A stretch of DNA of 64,000 nucleotides from an uncultured Phycisphaerales bacterium (lineage in GTDB: Bacteria; Planctomycetota; Phycisphaerae; Sedimentisphaerales; Anaerobacaceae): contig CAVYYI010000004.1 of assembly GCA_963772725.1 (NCBI GenBank), positions 96,001-160,000 on the forward strand, read 5' to 3'. The position numbers were made by a program, and so were the translations under genes. Positions 1 to 11,900 of the stretch are shown piece by piece. Each line of letters begins with the position of its first letter. Within the stretch, counting starts at the first letter, position 1. The notes below the pieces were generated by a model. The model worked only from the letters and a program-made list of their open reading frames with translations, was not told the origin of the DNA and made no database searches.

Positions 1-1170
1 CAGCCGGAAGGTTACGATTACAGAGAATTGCAGCACATCAAAAAAGGCTTACGCATACGACTTGAGAAAGAGCATAACTGCGCCGCCGCCGTTCTGGCCG
101 TTGATGGCACAGGCGGCGAGCATTTGAATGGCTCAGCGGTCGCATACGAAGGCGCAGGCCCAATTACAAAGAGGCCTGATACTTCTACCGACCTTGCTGA
201 TAACGCTTACGACAGGGGACGTCTCTGGCTCGACGACAACTATGATCCGCCAATATTGAAACGATGGGCAGGCGCCGCATGGGAGGTTATTGGCCGGATG
301 CTGGCTGATACAGAGAGCCTTGTAATTACGCTTGCCAACGAGAAGCAGGAGGATATTGACGGAGGCAGAGAGACGCTTATTAAGTTCAAGGGCGAGAAGG
401 CTGACGGCACGGCACATGAATTGGCCGTTATCAGAGTTCAGCACGATGGCGCTGGCGACGATTACAAGGGCGATTTAATACTTTACGTCAATGACGGTAA
501 CGATGCTGACGGCTCGCTTACGGAGGTTATGCGGATAGACTCAGCCAAGCTGGTAACGTTTGCCGGGGCGATAACAGCAGGCGGAGTTATCACCAACCCA
601 GAGATACCAGTCTTTACTAAAGGTGTTGTAGCTAATGACACGTACCTTCGGGCCCGTAATCCGGCAGGTGACGGCAATGTGGACATGATAAAGGTTGGCC
701 GAAACGAGGCTAACGACGCCGATGTGGTTATATTACCGGACAAGGTTAGAACGGCAACCAATGCGGCGCCGGCAGAAGATACGGCGATTGTAAATAAGAA
801 ATATGCAGATGACAATTTTGAACCTAAATTAGTCAGTCAGGCAACGGCTTCCATTTTTGGTGCATGGACAAATCTTGACAGTGACACTAACGCGCTCGCT
901 AAAACTAATGTTTACAAAGCTACATCAGACGGAATTGTCATGGCTTATAAGGCATGTACGGCAGGTTGGGCACAGGAATTGGTTGGTTATACAGACAACA
1001 ATAACCCACCAACAACAGTACGTTGTGCAGCGTCAAATGCAAATACGCTTTACGCGACTATAACGATGCCAGTTAAGAAGAATGACTACTTTAAAATTGT
1101 AGCTAATACGGCTGGCAATCCAACTATATATTGGTTACCTATCGGCACAGGTGTATGCCAGAAACAATAG
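1..1170 (+). CDS. Phage tail fibre/receptor-binding-like protein (5' partial)
   Basis: Frame is open from base 1 (QPEGYDYRELQHIKK...); G/T/N-rich beta-type sequence; C-terminal ITMPVKKNDYFKI domain; sits in tail module. Confidence 0.6.
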   Translation, partial: QPEGYDYRELQHIKKGLRIRLEKEHNCAAAVLAVDGTGGEHLNGSAVAYEGAGPITKRPDTSTDLADNAYDRGRLWLDDNYDPPILKRWAGAAWEVIGRMLADTESLVITLANEKQEDIDGGRETLIKFKGEKADGTAHELAVIRVQHDGAGDDYKGDLILYVNDGNDADGSLTEVMRIDSAKLVTFAGAITAGGVITNPEIPVFTKGVVANDTYLRARNPAGDGNVDMIKVGRNEANDADVVILPDKVRTATNAAPAEDTAIVNKKYADDNFEPKLVSQATASIFGAWTNLDSDTNALAKTNVYKATSDGIVMAYKACTAGWAQELVGYTDNNNPPTTVRCAASNANTLYATITMPVKKNDYFKIVANTAGNPTIYWLPIGTGVCQKQ

Positions 1171-1177
1171 GATATTA

Positions 1178-2899
1178 ATGTCAAAACCGATACTCATACA
1201 ATCACCAGCTCAGGGCTTAAACAGCCGCCTTCCGGCCAATATGATAGCCGACAGAGAGACGCCGCTATCCCAGAACGTCCTGTTCTCCAGCGGCGTTATT
1301 AAGACACCTTACGGCTTTGCTAAATTGACGGCGGGAAGTTTACCTCTTAATAGCGGCGATAAGATTCTCGGTATTGCTCCATTTACGGAAAAGGACGGCA
1401 CAGAGCATATTGTCGTGGTTACCACCGATAAGATATATCAGCACGACAGGGTAAATGAGGAATGGGATAATATCGTTATCAATGATTTGACGAACCCCAA
1501 TAACCTGCTCCGTGCCAACGTGGATAGTCCGGTCAGTTTTGCCGTTGTCGCTCATACTGATGGCGTCGCGATTGACGCCGGAGTCAATAACGCTTATTAC
1601 CATCTGCTCGTTTGCGACGGCGGCCTCAGTCCCATCCAGAGGTGGGCTGGTAAATCAGAGGAGAAGTTTTACTCATTAAAAGGCGCCGACGGTTATCATG
1701 ATGCCGACACGCCATTAGTTATCGACCATTACGCAAGACAAGTCCTGGTATTTTATAATCACGTCATACTCATCAGTCCAAAGACGTGGGACGCGACGGC
1801 AGGTTCTTTCAGAGACAATCCTCAGACAGTACTATGGGGCAAGGCGGGATTATTAGAGGGCAGCGATGCTTTTAAAATTGCTGATACAGGCTCTGGGTAT
1901 AATGAGCTTGTTGATACAGGCGATAGCAACGTATGGGCCATGCAGCTTGGCAACCAGCTTATCATCTATCAGAGACATTCCATTTGGTCAATGAGTCACG
2001 TGGGAGGAACGGATGTATTTAGATTCCGCTGTGAGCTGCCGGACTTGGGATTGCTGGCTCCACATCTTTTGGTATCATCCGGCAACAAACATTATTTCGT
2101 CGGTAACGATTTCAATATTTATGAATACTCAGGCGGCAGTTACAAACAGAGGATTGGCGATCAGATAAGAGACGCACTGAAAGAGGATATCGACTTCACG
2201 TACGCGAGACGATGCTGGATGGCAATCGGCGCCAATAGTTCACGGCTCTGGATATTCTACGTACCTGAAGGTCAGGAGTATATCACAAAGGCCTATGGCG
2301 TTGACGTTAAGACCGGGGCATGGATGATCCGGGAATTCAGCCACGTCTGGACAAATAACGGCATAACCGCGGTATTGACCATCGGCGCACAAAGTTATAT
2401 GATTGGCGATACTTACCAGCACTCGATCAATTTAGCAAGGACTTACGCCGAGGCCATTGCCGCAGGTACTACCTATCGAGATGTTTTGCAGGAGATACTT
2501 ACTGATGAGACTTTAACGCTTGGCGATTCAGAGGGTAATATCTACCAGTATGACGCCGACTTGACAACCGACGACGGCGAGAATATCCCTGCGTATTTCA
2601 TCAGTAAGGTTTTTGATTATGGCACGCCGAACGATGATAAATGGTGGAGCGGATTATCCGTTGTAGCGAAAGGCACGAAGCTTGTCGTTAGTTACCGTAT
2701 CGACAATTTCGATACAGAGAACGACGGATGGATAGCATTTACCGCAATCGACCTTACCAGTAATTATCAGGATTATAACTGGACCGACTTCGATTTCAGC
2801 AGTAAACAGATCCAGTTCAAATTCTCAAATTATGCAGGCAGTACATTTGCGATAAGGGAGTTCAAGATACATGCTCCCACAGTGGAGGCGGCGATATGA
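1178..2899 (+). CDS. Tail hub/nozzle (P22 gp10-like stabilization protein)
   Basis: ~570 aa beta-rich protein starting MSKPILIQSPAQGLN; position upstream of GNAT and ejection genes. Confidence 0.65.
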   Translation: MSKPILIQSPAQGLNSRLPANMIADRETPLSQNVLFSSGVIKTPYGFAKLTAGSLPLNSGDKILGIAPFTEKDGTEHIVVVTTDKIYQHDRVNEEWDNIVINDLTNPNNLLRANVDSPVSFAVVAHTDGVAIDAGVNNAYYHLLVCDGGLSPIQRWAGKSEEKFYSLKGADGYHDADTPLVIDHYARQVLVFYNHVILISPKTWDATAGSFRDNPQTVLWGKAGLLEGSDAFKIADTGSGYNELVDTGDSNVWAMQLGNQLIIYQRHSIWSMSHVGGTDVFRFRCELPDLGLLAPHLLVSSGNKHYFVGNDFNIYEYSGGSYKQRIGDQIRDALKEDIDFTYARRCWMAIGANSSRLWIFYVPEGQEYITKAYGVDVKTGAWMIREFSHVWTNNGITAVLTIGAQSYMIGDTYQHSINLARTYAEAIAAGTTYRDVLQEILTDETLTLGDSEGNIYQYDADLTTDDGENIPAYFISKVFDYGTPNDDKWWSGLSVVAKGTKLVVSYRIDNFDTENDGWIAFTAIDLTSNYQDYNWTDFDFSSKQIQFKFSNYAGSTFAIREFKIHAPTVEAAI

Positions 2900-3051
2900 G
2901 CGAAAAGATAAGCGGCGATGTACCACCTCTGCCAGAGTTTAACGGCAATATGAAGGAATGGACAAGGGACCTTGTCATTTATCTGGAGCGGGTACTTCGA
3001 GACCATAACAGCGATATTCAGCAATTATACGAGACAAAAGTGGACGCATGA
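2896..3051 (+). CDS. Small virion protein, 51 aa (tail needle/plug position); not in ORF track
   Basis: MSEKISGDVPPLPEFNGNMKEWTRDLVIYLERVLRDHNSDIQQLYETKVDA; ATGA overlaps with both neighbours; paralog of 14375-14701. Confidence 0.75.
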   Translation: MSEKISGDVPPLPEFNGNMKEWTRDLVIYLERVLRDHNSDIQQLYETKVDA

Positions 3052-3512
3052 TAGAAGCAATTATATATAGCGGCGATATTGAGGCGTTGAGGCCAATAGC
3101 TCAATGCTGGTACGGCACGACTTACGTTAATCGTTTCCGCATCAATATTGACGTCGATACCCATTTGTCCGACTTAAAGCGATTAATTGACTCGCCTGAC
3201 AGTGACCTGCTTGTTTTAATGGACAATGACAATGCCGTTGGATATATGGGCGTTCAAGCCTTTACAAGCCCGCTTGGCCGTCAGAAGATTACCAATGAAC
3301 ATTACTGGTACGTTCTTGCCGGAAGTCGCGGGATAGGAAGTATGCGTCTTATTAAACTGGCACAGAGATGGGCCAAAGATAAAGGATGCTCACATTTGAT
3401 AATGAACGCCAGCAACCTTGCCAGTGATCTGCACGACAGGATATGCGGATTATATGAGCAGATAGGTATGACTAAATTTGAAACAAGTTACATTTTACCT
3501 TTGGAGGTATAA
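3048..3512 (+). CDS. Phage GNAT-family acetyltransferase
   Basis: Acetyl-CoA motif WYVLAGSRGIGSMRLIKLAQRWAKDKGC and LYEQIGM. Confidence 0.8.
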   Translation: MIEAIIYSGDIEALRPIAQCWYGTTYVNRFRINIDVDTHLSDLKRLIDSPDSDLLVLMDNDNAVGYMGVQAFTSPLGRQKITNEHYWYVLAGSRGIGSMRLIKLAQRWAKDKGCSHLIMNASNLASDLHDRICGLYEQIGMTKFETSYILPLEV

Positions 3513-3514
3513 TC

Positions 3515-4639
3515 ATGGGATGTTTTAGTGGAAGCAGTCAGAAAACAGAAAGCAGCAGTTACACTCCTGAACAGAGGACTTGGCTTGCTAAAATTTTGGA
3601 TTTATATGGCCCCACGGCTGGAGAAAATAATAATGTTTATCAAGGGCAACGGGTAGCTGATCCTTCAGACTTACAAGTTGGGGTATTAGATAATGCTCAT
3701 AACTTCATGAATATATTCGGAACGCCGAAAACCACAACGACGCCGCTATTCAATGAGACAGGTAACGCGATAAGTGGATTGCTCTCAGGTCAGACCGGAG
3801 CCAGTAAAATATCCAAGGATCAATCAGACCTGTTCTTTAAAGAGTCGGCCTACGATCCGACAATGAGGATGTTAAAACAGGATTTACTTCCGATAGTGGA
3901 CGACGGTTACACAGGCGGTAACTTCTTTGGCTCAGCCAAAGGCAAGGCCCGCGATGCGGTAACGACTGATATCGGCAATTCGCTCGTATTGCAGAAGTCA
4001 AACCTCGACTGGGGCGTTCTCCAGAATAACAATGCGATTGATGAGGCCAAAGCTGGCAGGGCATTGTCCACACTGGATTCAGCTATGAATTACGGTCAGA
4101 TGCCCGCACAGGAGACGCTTAACAATTTGAAGATAGCATCCTCGCAGATAGCAGGAATGAATGACCTGTTCGGTTTCGGCTCAGCGCAGCAGACGCAGGA
4201 ACAGCAGGAGATAACAGCGGCAATAGCTAAGTTCGCAGAAGAGAATCAGATAACTGATACGCAGAATTTGTCAATATTACTTAGCTTGCTTGGGATGAGT
4301 TATTCAACCAGTTCAGGCAACAGTTCTGGCGCAGGCCTTGGATATAGTATGTTAAGCGGTGCGGCTGGAGGAGCGGCAGGCATGTCTGCGCTTATCGCCA
4401 GCGATAGGGACATCAAAGAGAACATAGAGCCAATTTCTGTCCTCAAAAAGATAAAACAATTAAAGCCGCATCGCTACAATTACAAAGGCGATCCTACTCC
4501 AAGGATTGGCCTTATCGCTCAGGACGTAGAAAAGGTATTCCCTGAAGCGGTAACGATAGTCAATGGCATCAAGCATGTTGATATCTACGCATTGCAGGCG
4601 ATTATTATTGGGGCCATAGCTGAAATGGGAGATAAATAA
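3515..4639 (+). CDS. Internal virion/ejection protein with C-terminal peptidase S74 (intramolecular chaperone) domain
   Basis: MGCFSGSSQKTES N-terminus, G/S/A-rich segment, then SDRDIKENI...GLIAQDVEKVFPEAV. Confidence 0.75.
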   Translation: MGCFSGSSQKTESSSYTPEQRTWLAKILDLYGPTAGENNNVYQGQRVADPSDLQVGVLDNAHNFMNIFGTPKTTTTPLFNETGNAISGLLSGQTGASKISKDQSDLFFKESAYDPTMRMLKQDLLPIVDDGYTGGNFFGSAKGKARDAVTTDIGNSLVLQKSNLDWGVLQNNNAIDEAKAGRALSTLDSAMNYGQMPAQETLNNLKIASSQIAGMNDLFGFGSAQQTQEQQEITAAIAKFAEENQITDTQNLSILLSLLGMSYSTSSGNSSGAGLGYSMLSGAAGGAAGMSALIASDRDIKENIEPISVLKKIKQLKPHRYNYKGDPTPRIGLIAQDVEKVFPEAVTIVNGIKHVDIYALQAIIIGAIAEMGDK

Positions 4640-5904
4640 TGGACATTCTAAAAACTTTAGCGGGCATAGTAAGTGGTGCAGGTAATGCGGTTGGCGGTGT
4701 TGTACAAGGAGCCGGTGATATTCTTGGCGGCGTTGGCGATCATCTTGGTACTGGTTTAAAAATGGTGAGGGATAATGAGCGGGCAAGGCTCACATCGTTA
4801 GGCCAGAACCAGCAAATACAGCAAACTAATGCAAAAATGGAAGCTCTGCAAATAGGAATACAGACAGCAAAACAATATGGCGGGTTAACTCAACCTGAAG
4901 GCAAAACTGCCTTTATAAGCACGATGAAGGAGCTGGGTTATCCAGATATGGCGGAGAAATTCGCAAGTTTGAATGTTGCTAAAACAAAACCCGACTCATC
5001 TAAACTGGCCAAGTTATTCCCTGAAGGCTCGCCAGCAAGAACGCGAGTACGGCAGAATATAGCTCTTGAGAATGGCATGGGGTCTGTCGGAGAGTCATTT
5101 GTATCGGCGCCGCCTGCACAGCCTAAACTGCCTTTGGGCGTTACGCCGGAGCAGATGGGCCAGTTTAATCAATCGAAGTACAGCGTTAAGCCTGGCAAGG
5201 GAAGCGATCCACTGGACAGGCTCGGCAAGCTGATTAATATGCAGGATAAGAACCTGGACGCAAGCTATAAGCCCATCAATCAGGGCGTCGCTGATATTAT
5301 CGCTGGCGAGATATCAAAGATAACAGGCACTAAGCAATCCAGTGGCGATGAAGGCAATAAAATAACGCTGGCCGATATGATATCAAGCAGCTCGCAGGAT
5401 TATAAACGCAGTATGTTTGACGATACGGTCAGCCCGGATAACGTCAAACTGTCAGCTAAGAATTACGTTGAGACGTTGAAGGCTCAGGGCGTCGATGAGG
5501 CAGAGGCGAGGAAACTTGCCACGAAAGAGTATGGCGATTTAATGGCCGCCGATAGCGGTATCTTCCAGAAGTACCCCAAGATGGATATCGCAAAATTGTT
5601 CTCCGATGAAGATACCAGGAAAGAGGCAATCAATACCGATAAGGTTGTCGTCGATACCGGAGACGGCGTTAAAACTACGCCGACAACATTAGGCCAACTT
5701 CAATTCAATACCCCTCAAGAACAAGAAGATTTTCTGGATTTAGAAAAAGAAGTCGCAGCTATTGCGCCAGAGATCAATATGAGAACCATCGCCAAGAATC
5801 CAACTAATTATCAAGACATTAAAAACGTTCTCCAGTCTGTCCGCAGTGGCAAGATAACAGCGAAAAAGGCCGCTGAGTTAATAAAGGAGGCTTTTGGTGG
5901 GTAG
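4639..5904 (+). CDS. Putative ejection (internal virion) protein
   Basis: Gly-rich amphipathic N-terminus; middle gene of three in the ejection cluster. Confidence 0.55.
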   Translation: MDILKTLAGIVSGAGNAVGGVVQGAGDILGGVGDHLGTGLKMVRDNERARLTSLGQNQQIQQTNAKMEALQIGIQTAKQYGGLTQPEGKTAFISTMKELGYPDMAEKFASLNVAKTKPDSSKLAKLFPEGSPARTRVRQNIALENGMGSVGESFVSAPPAQPKLPLGVTPEQMGQFNQSKYSVKPGKGSDPLDRLGKLINMQDKNLDASYKPINQGVADIIAGEISKITGTKQSSGDEGNKITLADMISSSSQDYKRSMFDDTVSPDNVKLSAKNYVETLKAQGVDEAEARKLATKEYGDLMAADSGIFQKYPKMDIAKLFSDEDTRKEAINTDKVVVDTGDGVKTTPTTLGQLQFNTPQEQEDFLDLEKEVAAIAPEINMRTIAKNPTNYQDIKNVLQSVRSGKITAKKAAELIKEAFGG

Positions 5905-8900
5905 ATTAGGCGATTTATTAGAGCAGAGATTAAATCATAATATACAACCGACCGAGCCTCAACAGTCTTCAATTAAGCCATTGCCTTCTATTGGTAAATT
6001 GGGCAAGCTGTTAGAGCAGAGATTGAATGGCCATTCGTTAGAAATAGCAAAGAACCGCGTTGGAGACGTTGCAGAGGTCAAGGCGGTCAATGATACTGTC
6101 GCTCAGTCAATATCACCCACGGCCTCACCAGAGATGCTTAAAGCTGCCGAGCAGGTTATGGCTGGGGGTAAGGTCGGAGAGCGATTAATTCCACAAGCAG
6201 CAAAACCTCTGGAAGGTCAGCCGCAAAATAGTTTTGAGTATGCCAGAGGTTTAGTTAAAGATGAAATGCTCAGCCAGTTCGCAAAGCCAGCCATCGAAGA
6301 TGTTAAGCCTGGTATTCTGGATAAAATAGAGAGTAAGGCTAAATCTGTTATCGGCTCTGGATTGGACGATATCAAAGACATCGCTAAGGCCATTGACATG
6401 GCAACAGATCCGAGAACGCCGGAAGGTAATAAACTGGCCCATGAGAATATAATGGACAGGCTCAGTTATTATAAAACTGCCCTTATCGCTCCAGTTGTTG
6501 GCCGGATTATGTCAATGACTGGCCAGATAGACTATAAGCAATTGCAAAAAGAGATGGCTCAGGAGCGGCAGAAGTTCGGAGAGTTCGGTGACGTCCAGAT
6601 GGATGTTGCCGACAAGACGTCAAAATTGGCGTTTGAATGGGGATGGTTATATCCCAAGTTATTCGAAGGCGCCGGACTGGTAGGTACTTCCATCCAGAAG
6701 ATACCGCAGGTTAAATCTGCAATGGCGTCGCTTGAATCTCTGGGTGGCGTTCAGAAAATAGCGGAGCAATATCCGAGACTTTACGACGCAGGTGTGAAAG
6801 CACTCCAGAATTTCGCCAAAGGCGAATTAGTGGGCCAGACTGCTGGAGCTATGGAGTCGGTAGGCGAAGATAAAAACTTCAAACAATGGCTTGTTGATAT
6901 GAATAAGCAGGGTTTGGAGATGGGAGCATGGACGACAGCGTTTGGACTTGCTCAGGCCAGAGATGTATATAACCATGTCAATGAAGTGCGTACTGGATTA
7001 AATAAGCAGGCCGCGGCAAGAGTGGAGCCGTTATTGAGACAGGCAAGGGCCAACAAGATACCCAATACCGCAGCACAACAGATGTTTAGTCAGGAGCTTG
7101 CCAAGATCGATGATGTCGTATCGACTTACGAAAGAGAACTGATGTCTGGCAAGACGCCAATCTATGGCCAGAAGTTACCTGATACCCAGACTGTTATCAA
7201 ACGGCTCGCTGATAAGGGTTATTTCTTCGGCCAAGAAGGTGCGACGGCCAAAGAGCTGGCGAAAGTAAAAGGCGATGAGGCATTAAAGATCGGTCAGGGT
7301 AAATCTCAGCCCGGAGAAGAATTATCAAAGACTGGTTTCGATGAAACAAAGCGATACTCTGGGAAGACGATCACCGTCACGGACGCCGACGGCACTACCA
7401 GAAAGATACCTATACCCAGCCAGCCCGATGTTAAATTGATAAAGAAGGAGGGACTTGGTGTCAAACAGCCGACAGCGGAGGTGCGGACGGCTCAAACTAC
7501 CCCAGACGCTTTAGAGGCTATGGGCAAAACTGGAGGCAATGCCACGGATGGCAAACTTCCAGTTATTGAGAGACAGGCCTCTACAATGCCCCAGGTTGAA
7601 AAGACCCCTATCAATGTACCCACTGGAGCAGGAAGTACGCAGGACGAGGCGGCAGGGAAGGAGAATAAAGGGTTAAACGAGGAGGCTGAAGCCCTTGTTG
7701 TTAAAACAGAGCAAGTGATACCTGTAAAAAAAATGTCTCTTAATGAATTACAAACAGAATCAGAATACTTTGATAAAAAAATACAGGCCGAAAGAGATAG
7801 ACTCGATAAAATTGCACCGAACCGGCAAACCTTTAATGAAGCTGGAATTGAACACTTGTCTCCTGAAGATTTTACAAGATATACTTCCGTGAATGATGAA
7901 ATCAACAGGAGAACTTATGTAACGCCAGCAGAAGCTAAAAAGAGAGTAATGGCCAAAAGGGAACAGAGGCAACTTGCTGAATCTACTGCCTCTGATATAA
8001 AAGAAACTCCAGTCATTATTGAGCAGCGAATAAGGCAAGCTAAGCAGGATATTTCATCAATAGATGAACGAATAAGCTTAACAGCATCAGGGCAGGGTTT
8101 GAAAGATTTATCTTCCACGAAGGCAAAAAAAGAAGCCGAGCTGGCAAAACTTGAAACCCAGTACGAAGATATGCAAAATCAAACTCTGGATGTTCAAGGT
8201 GTCTCCGTTAAAGCAAACAGCCCTGCATTTGGAATTGAGGTTGAGTATGAAGGACAGCGATATACTCCAATCAAAGATGAAGGTAATTCGTACATAGCAT
8301 TTAATCAGCAAGGCAAATTACTGGCCATACCGAAGCCGGATAGAAACGTGCCTCCCCAGAATGATAAAGTGAAGATATGGCGGGATGGTTCACAGGATAA
8401 TAAAACCATAGCTGATATTGTTCAGGCTAAGACGGTTAATAAAAATACAACCCCTAAAGAAGCGGGAAAGAATCAACCTGATTTCGTAGTTGAACCATAC
8501 GCAGAAAGAGATAAGCCATTTGGTGTTTTCATAAAACACAAAGACGGAACTTCAACATTATGGTCGGCTCATTCAAATAAATCCGAGGCCGAATACGAAG
8601 CAAAACGGCAAATAGACAAGTTAAATGGTATTGAGTCATTGCCATATCACAGAGAATTTACAGGCACAAAGTATGACGGATTAAGTGAACATTCTGCTGT
8701 AATAGAAGCAAAAAAAAGAAATACGTCAGAAACTGATTACGATTGGATAGTAGAAAAATATCGCACGACAACTACCAATTCAGGGCAAGCAATAGACAGA
8801 TGGAAGGTTGTCGGAACACTTAAGCAAGTCGCAAAGTCTTCTATCTCGCCAAACCCTGAATCTGGTACACAACCAGAATTGAATAACGCAGGTGAGACAC

Positions 8901-11900
8901 AAACCGAACCAATTAAGGAGAATATAAATGAAGAAGCCATTATTGAGCCTGCCGCAAGTGTTGAAGTGGACGCAGGGAAAACAACAGGAACTGTTTCCGA
9001 AGCCAAATCCACCGGAGAACTCGACCCAACAAAACCAGAAGACGCAATCCAAATAATAGAGAAGCATAATGACTGGCTCGCAGGATACGATAATAAGAAT
9101 TGGAGTGTGTTTAGCGGCGTCCCCTTAGAAACCGAATGGAGTGCCGAAAAAAGAGAGCGTATTGTTAAAACTTACGAGTACACAGCCAAGCAGGTCGAGG
9201 AAGCATACCGAACAGTCCAGAAAGAAATAGACTCACCAATGCCAGATACAAAACTTTACGCTATGCCGGGCAAAGAAAAGCAGTTGCAGGCGATAGCAGA
9301 GAAGATGGCGAGAGTTAAAGGCACTGTCCCCCAGAAGTCAGGTAAACCAAAAACTTTCAATGCGCCCAAAGTACTGCCCAGAGTCAGCGTAAAGAAAGAA
9401 GACTACGTCAAGGGCGTATATAAAGCCGCGAACAAAGACGCCACAAGATATGCGTTAAATGGCGTTTATGTTGAAGGTGAGAATTTAGTTGCTACGAATG
9501 GACGCAGAATGTTCATCGCCAAAGGCAAATGGGGCAAGGATGGTATCTATCTTGACTCCAAATCGCTTAAAGATGGCGTATTGGGTAAGTCAAGCACTAA
9601 GGACGCGGAGGGCGAGGAGCTTAGATTCCCGAACTGGAAAGATATTATCCCCACTGATTATGACGCAACAGACCTCATTGTTATTGACGACTTAGAAACT
9701 ACTGCAAGAAGAATGAAGCAGGCGGCGTTAATTGTAACGACAGACTCGCCTGGCATTATGGTTATTAAGAATAAGAATGGCTCTCTGGGTTTTGCGTGTG
9801 CATCACCAGAAGTAGGGCATTCAGAGATAAATGTAAATTTGGGCGGGCAGATTCTCGGCGCAGTCAATCCAAATTACTTCATTGAGGCTTTGCAGTTCCA
9901 CGCACTAAGAGGTGATACGAGGGTAGAGTTTTACTTCCCGCATCCAGACCGACCAGTACTTATAAAAGGCCAGCAAGGTAAGACGATTACTTTAACAATG
10001 CCAGTAAAAGCTGGCGAAGTATCGGAAGAGTTGCAGAGAGCGATAGAGGGCATTAGTGAGCAATCCACCGCCCCAGCCTATGGCACTAAAGAGCATGAGC
10101 AGTATATTAATACCGCAGTTAAAAAATATGACAAAACATATTCAGCCAGCCATATTGTCAATACCGATATGGCGAGGAAAGTGTTACCGGGATATGAATC
10201 ATCCGACATCGCCAACGAGGAGAAGTATTTCGGCGATGCGGCAGAAGTGACGGATAAGGTTTACGATAAATGGCTCACGGACAGGAAAGGCAAGGGCAAT
10301 AATAAAGTTGTATTTCTGGCAGGTGGAACCGGAAGCGGGAAAAGTACGGCGGCAGCCTCACCTCCGTTAAATACAAGCGAGAATCACGCTATACAGCTCA
10401 ACTCCACCTTTACCAGTAAGGACTATTCGTTCAGCCTGATTGATAAAGCAATCGAGGCCGGATACACACCAGAGATACTTTACATTTACCGCGATCCGGT
10501 CGATGCCTGGGAGAATGGGGTATGGACCCGATGGGGTCAAGATACAGGCCATTTCGTTAAACCGCAAATCCACCTGGATACCCATATCTCTGCCAGAGAT
10601 AATGTACTGGCGGCAGCGGAGAAGTACGGCGATAAAGTCCAAATCAAGATTATCGAGAACCGGACAGATGAGGAACAAAAAGAAATTTCGCTTGACGAAC
10701 TTAAAACCAAATCCTACGATATAGAAAAGATTAAGGAAGAAATTGATGTCATTACAACCAAACAACTCGAATCTCACCCAGCCCTCAAAGGGCAAGACGG
10801 CCTATTCTTCGCCGACAGTAGCACGAGCAGCAAGGGGACTGAGCAAGGCGGCGGCGAAGTATCGCAATCGCAAACTGGCGAAGGTAAGCAGGAATTAAAA
10901 ACTCAATCTAAAGGTTCTCAATTCCAACCCGACCCGACAATTGATACCGGCGCCGAGGGCGAGGCTGGCTTTATAGGCATTGCTGGCAGGCCAGGCGGCA
11001 AGGTGCAAAAGCCGTGGCTCGATACCGAGAAGACCGCTTCACCGGATGAGGATATAGAGGACTTCTTCGGTAGAACAAATAAGATGCCATCCCGATTCAA
11101 GGCCAGTAAGTTACTGGATAAAATCAAGGCTGGACTAAGGGAGCGGTTTATCACAGTGCCGCACATTCCGAGAACGCCGGACACTGCTATTGCCAGAGAT
11201 ATGATACGCACGATGCCCGAAGAGCGCAGGGCAGCAATGGAGAAGGCTGTACTTGATATTATCAAGGTGCTGGATAACGATGGTACGGTGCAGGCGCTTG
11301 ATTACGCCGGACTTGACCTGCTGAGACGGAAAGTATTTATCGCCGACCTGATGCACGAGGCCGAGATAGACAGGTCGGTATCTGGCGACCTGAGCCTTGA
11401 GCAGCTCCAGGCGGAGAACGAGCGACTGGAGAGCCTACTGGATAAAGTACCGTCCGTTAAAAAAGCATACCAGGCAAGACAGTCATTATGGGAGAAGGTA
11501 AGTAATGACCTTGTCGACCGGGGCGTTATGGACGAAGAGACGGCAAAGAATAAATCTTATGTGCGACATTTCGTTTTAAGTTACATCGAGAATAATAAAC
11601 AGCCTGTCAGCGGTAAACGCAAGAAGCTCTCCGAACCATACAGGGCATACTCAAAGAAGCGTACAGGCTCACGGAAAGATATATCGACCGATTACCTCTC
11701 TGTTGAGGTCCAGGCATTATCTGAGATATATGCCGATAACGCGGTTGAGGATATGGCCAACGCAATCTCCGATAAGTATGATAAACGCAAACAGTACACA
11801 AGGCAGGCTAATGACGCTAACTTTGTGGCACTGGTCGGCGGGCCGGAGAATGCGGCGAGGATACGAGAATTAAGGAGCCTGATTAAAGAGTCACCTGCGG

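Noticed and set aside
1..1170. Diversity-generating retroelement target in the tail fibre
   Set aside because: No reverse transcriptase and no TR/VR pair seen in the window
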